A stretch of 63,850 nucleotides of DNA, the filler included, from Octopus bimaculoides (lineage: Eukaryota), in NCBI RefSeq assembly GCF_001194135.2. It is 6 parts of 6 records of this genome, joined end to end, with 100 filler letters (N's around TTAATTAATTAA, not from the genome) between each part and the next. Parts side by side here need not be neighbours in the genome. Positions count along the whole stretch, not along the records: positions 62,711 to 63,850 come from NC_068996.1; 5 more parts are not named here. The stretch is one strand, 5' to 3'. The position numbers and the translations under genes are program-made. Within the stretch, counting starts at the first letter, position 1; each line of letters opens with the position of its first letter. Under the pieces are notes generated by a model. That model was not told the origin of the DNA, searched no databases, and saw only the letters and a program-made list of their open reading frames with translations. Below, piece after piece: positions 62,611 through 63,850 of the stretch.

Positions 62611-63775
62611 NNNNNNNNNNNNNNNNNNNNNNNNNNNNNNNNNNNNNNNNNNNNTTAATTAATTAANNNNNNNNNNNNNNNNNNNNNNNNNNNNNNNNNN
62701 NNNNNNNNNNATATATTATATATATATATACCTATATACATATATGCTTTATGTATATGGCTATATATATACCTATATATATACCTATATGTATATATAT
62801 ATATGCCTATATATATAAATATATACCTATGCATAGATATATACCTAAGTACCCAACATTCAGACAAATACAGGAGTACGTCCTCATAAATGAAACTTCC
62901 TCAATACTAAATAGGAAATATACATATTAGATATCATACTCCCATACCCACAATTTACGTAGGTAGAGTAGAATAGTTAGTGGGCTGTTATGTAGTTAAA
63001 CGTCTGTATGTGGGGTATATATTTAACTATATGTATATGCACATATATATAAGCATATGGATATGAAAATAAACAGATCAACAAACAGAAGGTTAGGTAC
63101 AGACAAGGTCATATGAACACACAAGCATGCATACATAAATAAAGACTGAAACACATGACCATATATACACACACTCTACTTCACACAGGGACACATATGG
63201 AGACACACGTTCACATGGAAATGCACATCCATAAAAACACGTTACATAGTTGCAAAGCACACACACACACACTAAGACATGCACACACAAGGAGACAGAG
63301 GTACACACACACACAAACACACACGCACACACATAAAAGCACACAAACACGGACACGCAAACACATGAATATGCAGAATACATACATACATACAAATATA
63401 CGCATATACATACTTATATACACATGCACACATACACATACATGCATACACACATGCATACATACATAGTACATATTTACATACATGCATGCATGCATAT
63501 GTAGGCACTCACACACACACACACTAATCTACACACATGCGCACAAACAAGCAAAAAGTATGAATAACGGACAGAGTCAAAACAATTGAAAAGGTTGCAA
63601 GACGCAACGAAAATTTTAGAAACATAAATAAGTATATGAGTGGAAATTTTACCGGTGTGTGCGTTAAATTATAAGGCACTAAAACAGAATGACTCTCCCG
63701 AGACACAACAGAATATGCTTCAACACACGAAATCACATAAAGAATCTTGCAAGCCAAAAATGATACATACATACA

Positions 63776-63842
<67 letters not shown>

Positions 63843-63850
63843 GTATATAT

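Overview
AT-rich, microsatellite-dense, gappy eukaryotic DNA. The SINE families and repeat content look like an octopus/coleoid genome (inference from recalled repeat families, not a database search). I found no convincing host protein-coding exon, tRNA, rRNA or CRISPR array; most ORF-track entries are translations of simple repeats or N runs. The window is mostly transposon remains: about 20 tRNA-derived SINE copies or fragments, a near full-length decayed RTE-BovB-type LINE (40323-44270, minus), further RTE, CR1-group and R4/Dong fragments, a Neptune-like Penelope element, Tc1/mariner, Tigger, a piggyBac MITE and a Helitron end. Five 100-bp N44-TTAATTAATTAA-N44 linkers mark artificial joins. 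The best leads are: (1) several hammerhead ribozyme motifs, two with intact cores and long stem II, plus a three-copy set with stem II covariation; (2) an RTE ORF ending in three C2H2 zinc fingers; (3) a ~16-pentamer heat-shock-element array followed by a TATA box; (4) a 459-bp fold-back palindrome; (5) signs of templated insertion or template switching. All translations, alignments and folds were done by eye.
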